The notes under the pieces: model-generated
What the model saw: only the letters and a program-made list of their open reading frames with translations
Told to the model about the DNA's origin: nothing
Databases searched by the model: none
Position numbers and translations under genes: made by a program
Shown: piece after piece, positions 1 to 12,481 of the stretch
Numbering within the stretch: position 1 is the first letter of the stretch
Layout: every line of letters starts with the position of its first letter
Assembly (NCBI RefSeq): GCF_036588685.1
Contig: NC_086373.1
Coordinates: forward strand, 62,868,001-62,932,000
Length of the DNA stretch: 64,000 nt
Origin: Mytilus trossulus
Lineage: Eukaryota
Direction of reading: 5' to 3'

Positions 1-288
1 TTCGCATAGGATTTTTTTAATAAAAAAAATTCATCAGGTTTAAATTTATAATGCATTGTGAAAAACGAATATTTCATCAATGAAATTCAAGTCAGATATT
101 CTCATGAATATCTTTTTCATATTGGATACAAACTTTTTTAAGTCTGATGCAGACATTTCGTAGTCAAAGTGTTTCAACTGAGGTACTTCACAGGCGTCAT
201 TATGGAGTAAAGGGGGTGGCGTCAAAAAGCGTCATTATGGAGGAAAGGGGGTGGCGTCAAAAGGCGTCATTATGGAGGAAAGGGTTAA
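1..288. mobile_element. Right end of a piggyBac-like non-autonomous element
   Basis: Ends in GGAGGAAAGGG-TTAA at 284-288 and has three subterminal GCGTCATTATGGAG repeats. The terminus matches the mini-element at 55440-55508. Confidence 0.6.
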
Positions 289-663
289 GGATTCATATCA
301 TACATATCAATACCAAGACTTCATAAATTCAATACTCTTCAAACTCCATAAATGAGTAATGAATAAACAAGTATATATGTGTCAAAAGGACACTAAGTCC
401 AACTTATACTTTTACATTTCCATGTTCAGTGAACTGCAAAATCTGGGTCAAAGTCCTCATCTTGCATATTTATGTTTTCAAAATTAAAATCATGATGATC
501 ATGTGTATGAAGTTTCATGACAATGTGCACAACTTTAAAACAAAACACAGGACCAGTGGCTACTATTGTAGGCAGAGAATAACATTTTTTAAAGAGTTTG
601 GTGTATACAGTAGTAAACTTTGTAAACTTGGTAAACACAGTACATGTTAATGTATAAACTTAC

Positions 664-2712
664 AGTAGTCATCAACTATATCAGGAGCATCTAGAATCCT
701 TTCTGGAAACTGTGGTATGTTTCGTGTTGTCTTCTTGGCTGTACTTACAGGTGATTTACAAGAGCTGTACAACACTCGTAAGTTGTTCTGGTAACCTGAA
801 AAATGAACATCCACTTTAATTAAATCATGAAACAAATTGAGTGCAATAATCTAATATAAACATATATACTTTATAAGAGTTTAATTGTAAAAATTATCTG
901 TAGCTTAAACACTCCACCACTATATTTATCAATACCATATAAATTTCTTCATAAATTATTTGTGATTTATTGAGAAAAAGACTGTTTCTTATATTATTAA
1001 AACATCCGTTTGTATGTACTTGTCCAAGTCAGGAGCCTGTTCAGTGGTTGTTGTTTGGTGATAGGTTCACAAGTGCTTATCGTTTTTCATATAGATAAGG
1101 CCGTTGGTTTTCCTGTTTAAATTGTTTTTCATTACTCATTTTGGGGTCCTTTTGAAGTTATACCTTTATAGTTTGCTGTTCAAATTGAGCCAAGGATCTG
1201 TGTTCAACTTTTAAAGGCTGTGTGTTGACATATAATGGTTTAATTTTTGCACATTGTGACTTGGATGGAGAGTTGTCTCATTGGCACTCATACCACATCC
1301 TCTGATTTTTATGTAAACATGGTAAAGGACAATTCTAAATACCAAAACACTGATGAACATCAGAAAGTAAATCTGAGAAATAACTGGTCACCTACCTTCT
1401 GGAGCACTTGGAGCTTTGTTTTTGTAGGAAATGATCTTGTTACTCATTATGTCAGCCCCATTTAAATTCTCACTCATAACTTTCTGGAACTCTTTCTGTG
1501 ATGGACTTAATAATTCTGGATTCTCTCCTTTCCCATCATTCATTATCTTGAAATGACCAAGGTCAAACTGTGTAGCATTCCTGTTAGGAATAAATCTATC
1601 TCCACCACTTGGAGTCTTTGGTGCTTTAGCTGGAGTCTTGGATTTCCCTATAATCAAATAAGTATACATACAATTTAATTGTAGATCAGCATGACAAGAT
1701 ATCAACCCCATCTGAATTATAATCTTTTTTTTTAACTGTTTATAATTGTGTATTGCATGATTAGCATTTCAATTATCCTATCATTTAAAGAATGTATTTA
1801 AAATAGAGTGCGCTTTTTAATTTTTTAATAGAACCCTGTCAATTGTGAATTTCTTTTTTTTGACAAGAAGTTTTTTTCCATTCTGTATCAGTTTTTCATA
1901 CACTCACATACAGTGTGTTAATTAAAAATATAACTCAATCAATCTCAATCTGATAACATATTTCATTGAAAGGCTGATATCCTACTTCATTTAACAACAG
2001 GGACAAACTACTGCATATATATATATAAATATCTAGAATGTAATATAAACTTTTAATAATAGATTTATGGATTGATATATATTCTAAAGCCTCCATGTAT
2101 TTTTCACGATCGATTGGTATGAACTATACAGTTGTATAACACATACATATATTTACAAATAAATATTTTCTTTGTGTGTTTTTAACAATAAATACTATTA
2201 TCACTATTTAACAAAAATTTCCTTTGATCTTACGGACTGATAATTTAATTTCCTTTAGCGACACAGTAGACATGTAGAGTGATAAGAAAAAATTATCACT
2301 AGAAACTAAAGGTAGCACATGCCCTTTGTCAATGAAATTAACAAGTTGTCATCGGTAAAATAGCGATAAAAAGATAATCGTTGGTCATCTCAACTCCATT
2401 GCTTTTCTCACATTTGCAGTTCTGGCTCAAGCCATCAATCTTGTTGAGATGATTAACGATAATCTATAAGTGTAGCATACCTTGAGATTTAGGTGTTTTT
2501 GATCCAGACCCAGTTGATGGTGTTTTAGGATTATTTACAGATCTGTTTACATTTTTCATTGGTGTTTTGGAAGCAGTGCTGATGTTCAGGGAGCTGTTGA
2601 CTGAAGCATTACATTCCTCTTTCCGTTGCCATCGAATTGATGGTCCTTTTGACATTGGAGCATCCATTCTGAGGACACTATTCAATTCATTCTCAAAGTT
2701 AAACTGTGACAT
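664..2712 (-). CDS. CDC20: Cell division cycle protein 20 homolog (APC/C activator), 5' part; the gene continues past the left edge
   Basis: Coding exons 2712-2481, 1647-1396 and 795-664 have GT/AG boundaries and matching phases. The protein has the C-box DRFIPNR, a MAD2-interacting-like segment KIISYKNKAPSAPEG, and the WD40 entry PERILDAPDIVDDY. Confidence 0.96.
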
Positions 2713-3837
2713 TGGTCAATCCAAAATCTTTCTTCAGCCTACAATAGAAAAATGATTCTTAAACAGAAATAGAGTTAACTGATGAAGTTCTTTAAAAGTA
2801 ATATAATAGTGAAAATAAACACCTGTAAACGATAAAAAAGAGAGGATTTTTTTCTTGAATTTCACATTTGGTTCCAAATTTACCCTTAAAAAAATCAGTT
2901 GTGACTTTGAAAGTAATTTCATTCAACATAGATTTCCACACAAAATCCAAATTATATTCCTGGAGTACATCAACACCAGTGCTGCTGGAGGAACACATGT
3001 GTCCACACAAACTGTGCCCGAGAGACACATATGTCCATATTTTAATTTATGCAAGCTTCTTGCCAGTGCTATACCTTTATTAAAATAAAAGAATGAAAAA
3101 AATAAAAAGTGTAACAAGTTTGTACAATGTCTCAAATGTAACGGTCAATACAGCCTGACATCATATATCAAATGACGTCATTGTTTTGCATGTCACGTCA
3201 CAAACGTCGAGTGGTCGTATTTTCTGGCAAATGAAATGTAACCCTGAAAAACAACTGGCAGCAACAGGGTTAAATTTACAGCAAAACAATTTTCTTTATC
3301 TTCAGTACACATTTAATGTGTCATGTGTCTAAATGTCACTCATTGAAGACTACACTAACAGGCATACATAATATCTGATCTGATACAGACCTCATTCATA
3401 TCATAATTGATTTACCGATTCACAAGGCCGTTGGCACCAGATATCAGCCTATGCATTTTGGACAGGCAAATATCCACTTTTTGATATGGGACAAGCTCTG
3501 ATGTACCACGACCCCAGCTTGTCTGGCAAAAAGCTGTTGGACGTCAGAGTAAATATCTCTCGGACTACATAATTTTTTAGTCCAAATCAATGATTGACTT
3601 CTACCTACCTACCTACCTGGATTCTACCTGGATTATTGCGGCGATCATTAAGTTGAAAACTTCTTTTGCCGCCTCATAATTTACTTGATATTAAATTACT
3701 TATTTTAACTGTGAGCTGTGCGCATAAATAGAACGAATAATTTTTCTGTACTTCTATACATGTTGTACGATGGTTTCCACAATATTTTAAATACTTGTCG
3801 CATACATTTATAAACTGCTGCATTTATATTAAAATGT

Positions 3838-4682
3838 TATGTAGGATTTAACTTCTTCCCATTCCAATGTTCATCATTAATATGATTTTTTTTTAAATAT
3901 TGACAGATTCTGCACAAACTTTTACTGTTGAAAGCTATATAATATTAAGACTATTCCATTATGTAGGATTAAACTTCTTCCCATTCCAAAATGTTCATCA
4001 TTAATATGATTTTTTTAAATATTGACAGATTCTGCACAAACTTTTACTGTTGAAATCTATATAATATTAAGACTATTCCATTATGTAGGATTAAACTTCT
4101 TCCTATTCCAATGTTCATCATTAATATGATTTTTAAAAATATTGACAGATTCTGCACAAACTGTTACGGTTGAAAGACTATTCCATTGATCAATGATCCT
4201 TTGAGAAAATGAATGGAGACGCTGAGTTGAATTACACCTCTTTTTACTTAATTTCCAAGGATGTCCTCTAGTAGAATTTGTAGATAACTCAAACATATTT
4301 TGCCATTTAATATCATCTATCCCATGTAAAGCTTTATAAACTTGTATCATATCATAACGATCTCTTCTGTATTCAAGTGTTGGAAGGCCCAAGGCTCTCA
4401 ATCTTTCAACGTAACTTAACATTTTTATACTAGGCACTAATTTGGTAGCTCGACGCTGGATCTTTTCAATTCTCCTTATATCTTTCTTCAAATATGGTGA
4501 CCACACTGTAGTGGAGTATTCCAACAAAGGACGTATAATTGACTTGTATAAAATAATAAACATATCTTTTTCCAAATAGTCGAAGGAAATACGGATTAAT
4601 GCCAAGACTCTCTGGGCTTTATTCACACAGTTAGTAATATGTTTATCAAACTTTAGGTTAGGCTCAAAAGTTATTCCTAAGT
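3838..4682 (-). mobile_element. 5'-truncated CR1/L2-clade LINE (RT C-terminal region) in a CDC20 intron, with tandem re-duplication of its 3' end
   Basis: ORF 4081-4626 contains LYKSIIRPLLEY, WSPYLKKDI, EKIQRRATKLVP, LPTLEYRR and TRGHPWKL, typical of CR1/L2 ORF2. Two degenerate ~120-bp copies of its 3' end occupy 3838-4080. Confidence 0.9.
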
Positions 4683-5062
4683 CCTGGCTAAGCTATTTTA
4701 TTTTCTGGGACGCCTTCCTACAACCTCGTAAGCGTCCCAGAAAAAAAAAGCCTTGCCAGAGTCATAATTATTTGGACTAGGACTGTACATCTATGTATGA
4801 AAGAACAACAGTACCACTTCAATGCTACATCTTTTACTATTACAATTGAGCCCTTTCAATCTCGTGTTTTACAAACCCAAGTGCATAATACGTATCACTT
4901 AACTAGATGTTTATTGTATATATACGTACATAAAAAAGGAAATTTTCTGTTCTGATTTAAACACCCCTCCCCCTTTTTTTTTTTAAATATATTGGATTTC
5001 ACACGTTTTTTGTGTTAAAATGTTGTTCAAACCGTTTCGATGTAAAATTCATTTGTCGTTAC

Positions 5063-5227
5063 CTTTCTGTTTCCGTTTGTAAAGTGTTTGTTCAATAGTC
5101 AGAATATTGATTGTTGTTTTGATTACTGTTGACAGTTTTGTTTTTCTTGTTTGGACAAGCTTTTTGTGTTTAAAGTTTACCGCCTCGTAATTGGTCCGTT
5201 CAATTTTGTAATACAATATTTCATTGG
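5063..5227 (-). promoter_or_regulatory. Probable CDC20 non-coding first exon and G2/M-type promoter (two CCAAT boxes, CDE-like and CHR-like motifs)
   Basis: A minus-strand donor AAAG|GTAACG ends at 5063. CCAAT boxes lie at 5227-5223 and 5194-5190 (33 bp apart), GGCGG at 5184-5180 and TTTAAA at 5174-5169. Confidence 0.6.
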
Positions 5228-7639
5228 TCCATTTTCCTAAACAATATTTTGAAATGTTCTAAAAGAAATATTTCGTCCCGATATGTTAGGTTCAAACCTT
5301 ACGGTTAATATATATTGTTTAATTATTCTTTTTATTCAAATTAAGAAAAAAACGATAGATGTCATTTTTATCTAATATGTTGTTTTAGTTATTACATATA
5401 TCTATTCAGATTATTGGAATTATCCAATATTCTTTAATTATCTTTCATCTGCCGACAGGTAGCATTATATGTTGGCATTCAAGGAAACTAGTTTCTCATT
5501 GAAATTAAGTGTAGTCAAAACAAACGGTAATTTTAATTACTGCTTTAGGCGTTTTTTGTTTGCTCTTTTGAAATTTGATAAATATTTTATTTGACACAAT
5601 AAATTTTCTGCTTGATTGAAACAAAGGAAGATTTTTTCAGAATCATAAAAAAAAAACTATTTACAGCTCTTGCTGTCCGATCAAGTATTTTTCAACTTAA
5701 ATAAAAAGGAACATCATAATTTTTATGTTTTTGAGCAAAGACGTGTATGTGCACAATACAAATACTTATTATATGGGCTAAATTAATTATAGAATACTAC
5801 AGTCCCAGACAAAAACAAGTACCTTTAACAGGGAATTCTAGTCTAACATATTCTGGTATAGAAAGTCACTGCTTCAAATGTTCAGTGTTTATTAGATCAT
5901 TAAAACAAGCACATATAGTATATAAAACCAGAAAAAAAAAATTTTTTTGCACATAAATATGATATAGTTCATGGTATTCTCACATACAAATGTTTAAAGC
6001 ACAATAATGATTTATATTCAAAATAATATACATAAATAGTAACGGGCATAACATGCATAACAAGCACACACTATTTAGTCTAAGTTTGGTAGGTATGTGC
6101 CATAAGACTTAAAGTGAGGGGGTTATAATTGATCCATATACGATTTGAAAGGCGAAATATCCAAGTCCGTTCTAAGGCCTGAATCTATAAGTTTTGGAAT
6201 AAGGTTTGGCAGATGATAAGGCCGCGCCTGGGCATATATTTCATCATTCATAGGCGGATCCAGGGAGGTGCTTGGGCCCGGGCCTCCCTTTTGAGGGAAG
6301 CCATTACATAACACGTGCATGTAAACAAACATGCATGTATAAACCATGAAGTTGTGTACTTTCCAAAATAAAACACTATTCGCAAACTAACTTCATAATT
6401 TTCTCTTTAAACAAAGATACCTAGTTTCAGTTTTTCTGGCTGTGAACAGTAACGTTATAAAAAATAATAATATTGCAATGAAATGAACGCAAAACGTCTT
6501 ATAAATTATGATACAACGAAGCGGCTAAGCTAGGTTTGGGAGATCATGTAACACTTTGTTATGATTTTCACAAAATTAAAAATGATGGTGTTCAGGGAAC
6601 TATGTGATTTTACTGAATACTAAATGCTGTATCTTAAAAATCTCCATGTGTCTGAAGCAGACATGAAAGCCATACTTTTAACTTTTTTATAACTGAATCC
6701 ATTTAGAGCAGTGAACATGGATTGATCTAAGTATCAATATGCATACTTAGTACCCCAATTTTTTACTTTTGACTTAACAAGTCAAAACAAACACACATTA
6801 TATATATTTGAATTATAAGCGACTATCATACAATTGCGAGGTTTAGCTATCTGTAAAACCAGGTTTAATCTAACATTTTCTGCATAAGGATATGTCGGCT
6901 GTACCAAGTAAGGAATATTATAGTTGTTTTCCATTCTTTTAGATGTTTTTTTATGTTTTTGTTTTGAATTTAACCAGGAGTTCGGTATTTTTGTTATTTT
7001 ACTTTTTACACTATATCATTTGATTCTTTAGGTTAACGGTTTAATAAAATTTTAGCAGCTTTTTAATTATTTCTTGAATATATGGTCATCCAGTGTCATC
7101 ATCAAGTCTAAAACATTGAAATAACAAGAATGTGTCCCCATAACACGGATGACCAACTCACAGTATCATTTTCTATATTCAGTGGACCGTGAAAATGGGA
7201 GAAAATCTCTCATTTGGCATCAAAATCAGAGAGATCATATCATTGGTAACATGTTTAATAAGTTTCAAGTTGATTGGACTTCAACTTCATCAAACACTAC
7301 CTCGATCAAAAACTTTAACCTGAAGCGCGGCATGGCGGCGCCGGAACGAACGGACCCCCGGGACGCACAGACCAGAACACATAATGCCATTAAATGAAGC
7401 ATAGAAATGCATATTCAACGACTACTGGACTGAAACATTACAATAAACAAATGGTTTTGTGTTAAAATGGAATCGTCAAGATTATTTGTAAGGCAATTTA
7501 TGGAACAGAAACCGAAACCGATGCAGGGTTTTAGGTATTTTTTCCCTCGCTTAGTTATCGCCCCTGAATGTCCGAATACACGTTGAAGATAAACCACGTT
7601 GCAACGTCTAAACTAACCAAGTGACAACAGTCTTTCATC

Positions 7640-10600
7640 ATGATGCACCAGAGAAGCTTAATTTATATTTCATTATTAATTTGTTCTTTACTATATATCG
7701 TAAAGAGTAAAGACGAGAACGACATAAATTTTGCAAGCAAACAAAGTGGATATGAAAAAGCAGACGACGCTTGGGACGAAGATGAGGATGACAAAAGTGA
7801 AGAAGATGTCGAAGAGGATGCCAAAGATGCAGATATGAAAGAGCAAGTTAAAAGAGACAATAATGGGAATTTTTACAGCTTTACAGTGCTTGATTCAGAA
7901 GGAAAGGGTGTTGACTTGGGGCAATACAAGGGAAAGGTAAGGTATCATTGTTGACATGTAATTGTTGAATTAAATGTACCTAGCATTACTAGGTTACCTT
8001 CTTTAAATAAGGGATTTTTATTTTATTATTATTATTATTTATGGTACACACAATACCATACCATACATAACGGTAAACCTCTATTAGGTTTTACCATGCA
8101 CTGTCTATTGAGCATTTGTCCACAGGAGTTTGAAATCCTATCAATAACGGAGTAAAAATATACCAAACTCGACTATCACAGTAGAGCTTCGCTCGCCAAC
8201 TCATCTATCACAGTAGACATGGTAGAGCTTCTCAAGTTTGAAATCCTATCAATAACAGGGTAAAATTATACCAAACTCTACTATCACAGTAGAGCTTCAC
8301 TTGCCAACTCATCTATCACAGTAGAGCTTCTTTTGTCGAAGAGAAGTTCTTCTGTGATAGTCTAGTTTGGTATATTTTTACCCCGTTATTGATAGGATTT
8401 CAAACTCCTGTGATTTGTCAGGCATTCAAGACACAGCAATCCTGTTATTTATATAATAAAGTAGTGCTTATAACATGTATAACGTGTATAATCGGTTCAT
8501 ACAGTGGAGATTGTATTGACCACTAAGCTCAGATTCTCAAGCTGTGGCATACTTTGCAAGAGTTTGATTTGTGGATGGCACATGTACAGTGTCACTGTCA
8601 GAGGTACATGTAGTTTTGGTGTACTGAGTTATTTTAATACATTATTTCAAGAGGCCAACTTACAGTTTTAACAATAAACAAGCTGCTATTGCAAGTTTCA
8701 AGTCTACATCACAGGGAGTCTATACTGTTTAACAAATTGTGAAAACATTTAGCTGGTACATGTACAAAATATCAAACATTTGCCACTGGACATTAATGAA
8801 ATATCCTCTTCCTCAAATGAGAAGAAAATCAAGATATACTCAAAGACAATTACTCTAATACAAGGCTTCTTCCAGTTACTTTGGACAAACACAATCCAAT
8901 GACTTTGTTTGAAACCGTTTTGAAATGTACATCCCAGATATGCATTTGAAATTTTCTTGGTGTTAAGACGAGTAATTATAACACTCTTTAATTTCCCTGT
9001 TTCAAGTTTTGTCTGGAATATTATATGAACATGTACATATATACAAATACATGTATTTAACACCACAATCCAATAGACCACTTTCGAGTTCATCCGTCAC
9101 CTGCAAAAACTAGTCAATTATGCACGCCTTTATGACGTCATTTACCAGATAGAGGGGCTCGCCTGTATCCCTGCACTATTTACGTTCATCAAGCGTCTTA
9201 GTGATCGTCTTTGTGCAGGATAAACTAGAAATAACCGTTGCTATGTAGGTACTTACTGACAATTCTCTATTGACAGCAGAGTTGATTGTCTATTTTCAGA
9301 ATTCAATTTGCCGAATAATTTGTACAATATAGAATTATAATTTTCCAACCACTCGCTCAACATTGGAAGGGAAGTGACGACGCCCCTAAACACACAGATG
9401 ACGGTGATAAAGGCGCGTATAATTGACGATTTTTTTCCGGTGACGGATGAACTCGAAAGTGGTCTATTAGAATGGAGACAATACATGTAGACTTGAAAAC
9501 CACCAAATTTTACAATGACAGTTGCTTACTTAAAACTTGTAAAATTCGTTATTTTATATTTGATTTTTCCTTATTTGATAAAGCTACATGAAAATATTAT
9601 TTATATTTTTAAGATAACATTGGTTGTTAATGTTGCATCAGAATGTGGATATACTGATAACCATTACAAAGCACTATCAAAGATACATAACCATTTAGTT
9701 ACAACTGGACGATTTTCAGTATTAGCCTTCCCATGCAACCAGTTTGGAAAACAAGAGCCAGGGGTAAGTACATATTTGCCTCTTAGTGTATAATTGACAG
9801 TAATATAGTTAAAAAAAGAGGTTGCTTTTCATGGTCGAATTTGTTGTTGCCATATACATTGATATATACCATACATCATGAAATTGTACAAAAAATGATG
9901 GTGGTGCAATAGACTATTTTGATTAAGTGGTGTTGTTAAACTAAAAAAGTTCAGGGCAATTCTATTCTGTGAACATTTCTTTTGGAAATTCTTTAAAAAG
10001 TTGAACTTAAATTTCCTTCTTGACAATTGGAGAGATAATTTTATAATTCTGATTGTATGACCAATGCTATACTAAGGACATCTGCATAAAGCAAGTCTTA
10101 TGAATTATGCTGATTAATTTGTAGATGATTGAATATAACAACTTTTGAATTATACATTAATGCAATAGGCACTTCTAGTAAGTTTGAAAATATCCTATTT
10201 TAAAGCAATGGAAAAAAAATACATACAAATAGCAACTTATTAAAATTTAAAGGAACTTTAAAAATCTTTTAAAAATCAATGAATGTCTGTCACCATACCA
10301 ACCATTTAATAACACTACAGGCTTCTGTTCATTTGAAACTCATATTTCCAGTTGAAATTTAGTGGCAGATCCAGAACTTTTCAAAAGGGGGGTGGGTGGG
10401 GGTTGATTGACCTAAAGGGGGGGGGGGGGGCTGGATCCACCTTGTTGTTAATTTTTGTGTCATTTTGGTCACTTGTGGACAGTTGTCTGCTTGGCAATCA
10501 TACCACATCTTCTTTTTTTATATTGAATCTACTTTTGAATTTATAAGGGCCAAACTTGGTTTCTAGATTACTTTATGGTTGTAAATTTGTTTTTCCTGGA

Positions 10601-12481
10601 CATCACTGTTACAATCTGTATATAAACAATAAATATATAATGAAACAATATTTAGACTTTTCATTCACTATATATATTAGTTACTACTTTGTTACAAACA
10701 TTATCAATATTGTTAGACAGTCCTCTCAGGGAATAACTGTGTCATGAAATCAATAGTTTACATTTTTGGTTTGATGTGGCATATTTTTATTATGATGAGT
10801 TGTATATGTGGACAATCATACCACATCATCAAATATAAAATGTATTTCATAAAGGTGTGCATGAACTGTATTGATTCACATGATTTATAGAAATGAGTAT
10901 TGTTAACTTGACTTCTTAGACAAACAAAATTTACACAATCTGGACAAGACACCACCAGATGTTACAGTCAATACGTTCTATAAAAATATGTTGTAATATA
11001 GTATTATTTATCAATGATTTTATCATAAAAGGCCATTGATTGATATTGAGTGGCTTAGAATTTTAATTCCCATTTCATAGAATCATTTAACGTTATACAG
11101 ACTAGGTTTAACTCATTTGCTTTCCAAGAACTAGTACAAATTGAAATGAATGGAATTGGAAAATATAAAAAAGAAGATGTGATAAAGTCTCTTTTAAAAA
11201 TAATAATGTAACAATTGATTGGTACATTAAAGGTCACAGAGACATGCAGTTAGTTAGGAGAATTTCATGAAAAGACAGAAAAGAAAAAAAAAGTACATTG
11301 TCCTTCAAAAAATATATACTGTTAATCCAATAGTTTTCTATAAAGGGTCAAAACAGAGTTCTTTACAGGAATAAATTTCAAAAAAATTTGTTTGGAATAT
11401 TTTGTTTTACAATGTATATAGTCTAGTTAAATTTTGGTTTGTTCAGCAAATCATAATTGTTCCCTGGGCTAAATTTAGGCATCTATGCCAGCTCTAGGTA
11501 GTCTTGAAGTAACAGTATAGAAGGTTGTACAATCAGCTAAAGTGAGATTATCTTATAGTTTGTTGAATATACATGTACAAGAAACAGTAGAAATACTTAG
11601 TTCAGACAAGTGCTTGAATATTTTTATCTTTTGTAATTAAAATATTGTTAGTCAACCATTTCATCTGTCTTTTTTCGTTTAATATTTATAAATTCCTTTT
11701 TTGCAGACTAATGCAGAAATCCAAAAATTTGCCAAGGATAGATACAGGGCTAAATTTCCTGTATTTGGAAAAGTTAATGTTATTGAAAGTGATGTATCAC
11801 CAGCATGGCAGTATTTAATAGGTAAGCAGAAAAAAATATCACCTTGGATAACTTAATTTTATATCAGAAATGGAGACTCAAGTTTCCCCCATGCTACCTC
11901 ATTCAATGTTTAAGGTTCCAGCTTGAAAGCAATTGTAATGGAACATTTATATTTATGAACCAGGAAAAAAAAACGCAGTTGGTTTCTGGTGTTATCTGTT
12001 TGTCGGTATTCAACAATGAGAAAACCCCATACTAAAAAGTTGCCTATATAAGGCCTGACATGAAAAATATGAAATAATTCAATTGAGAAAACCAACGGCC
12101 TAATTAATAACAAAACAGTTTACTAAAAAGAAAGATAACACATGAACCTAAGACAACCACTTGTCTTTTTGATTGAATCGTTTACTTGAAGATTAGTAAC
12201 AATTATCTTATGGATTCAGAGACAAAAGTTTTATACCACAAGTATTTCAGAACTAAAGAGTCATTAATTTGAATGAGTTGATATATTTTTTAATTTAAAA
12301 CATTTTCTCTCTCACAGATGAAACTGGTGAAGCTCCTTCCTGGAATTTCTTTAAATATCTTGTCAATGAGAATGGTGATGTACTGCATGCTTGGGGAGCT
12401 TGGACATCTGTGGATGAAATCTATTCAGTAGTACAACAAGCAGTGACAAATGCAATGAGAAGACCAAAAACTGAACTGTAA
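7640..12481 (+). CDS. GPX7: Glutathione peroxidase 7/8-like (Cys-type, ER-resident), 241 aa
   Basis: Exons 7640-7936, 9614-9763, 11707-11821 and 12318-12481 are GT/AG and in phase. The protein has an N-terminal hydrophobic signal, the GPx motifs VVNVASECG, LAFPCNQFG and WNFFKYLV, and a C-terminal KTEL. The active-site codon is TGT (Cys), not TGA. Confidence 0.93.
8121..8412. mobile_element. MITE with ~60-bp terminal inverted repeats and a 7-bp target-site duplication
   Basis: Termini CACAGGAGTTTGAAATCCTATCAATAAC...GTTATTGATAGGATTTCAAACTCCTGTG, with ATTTGTC on both flanks. The left arm is partly duplicated internally. Confidence 0.85.
9072..9468. mobile_element. MITE with 30-bp TIRs
   Basis: AATAGACCACTTTCGAGTTCATCCGTCACC at 9072, with its reverse complement ending at 9468. 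Confidence 0.85.

Noticed and set aside
796-5062. miR-34/449 hairpin in CDC20 introns, by analogy with vertebrate CDC20B
   Set aside because: I saw no TGGCAGTG-seeded hairpin by eye. An Infernal search would be needed to exclude it fully.
9614-9763. Possible selenocysteine GPx
   Set aside because: The active-site codon is TGT (Cys), and I recognised no SECIS downstream.
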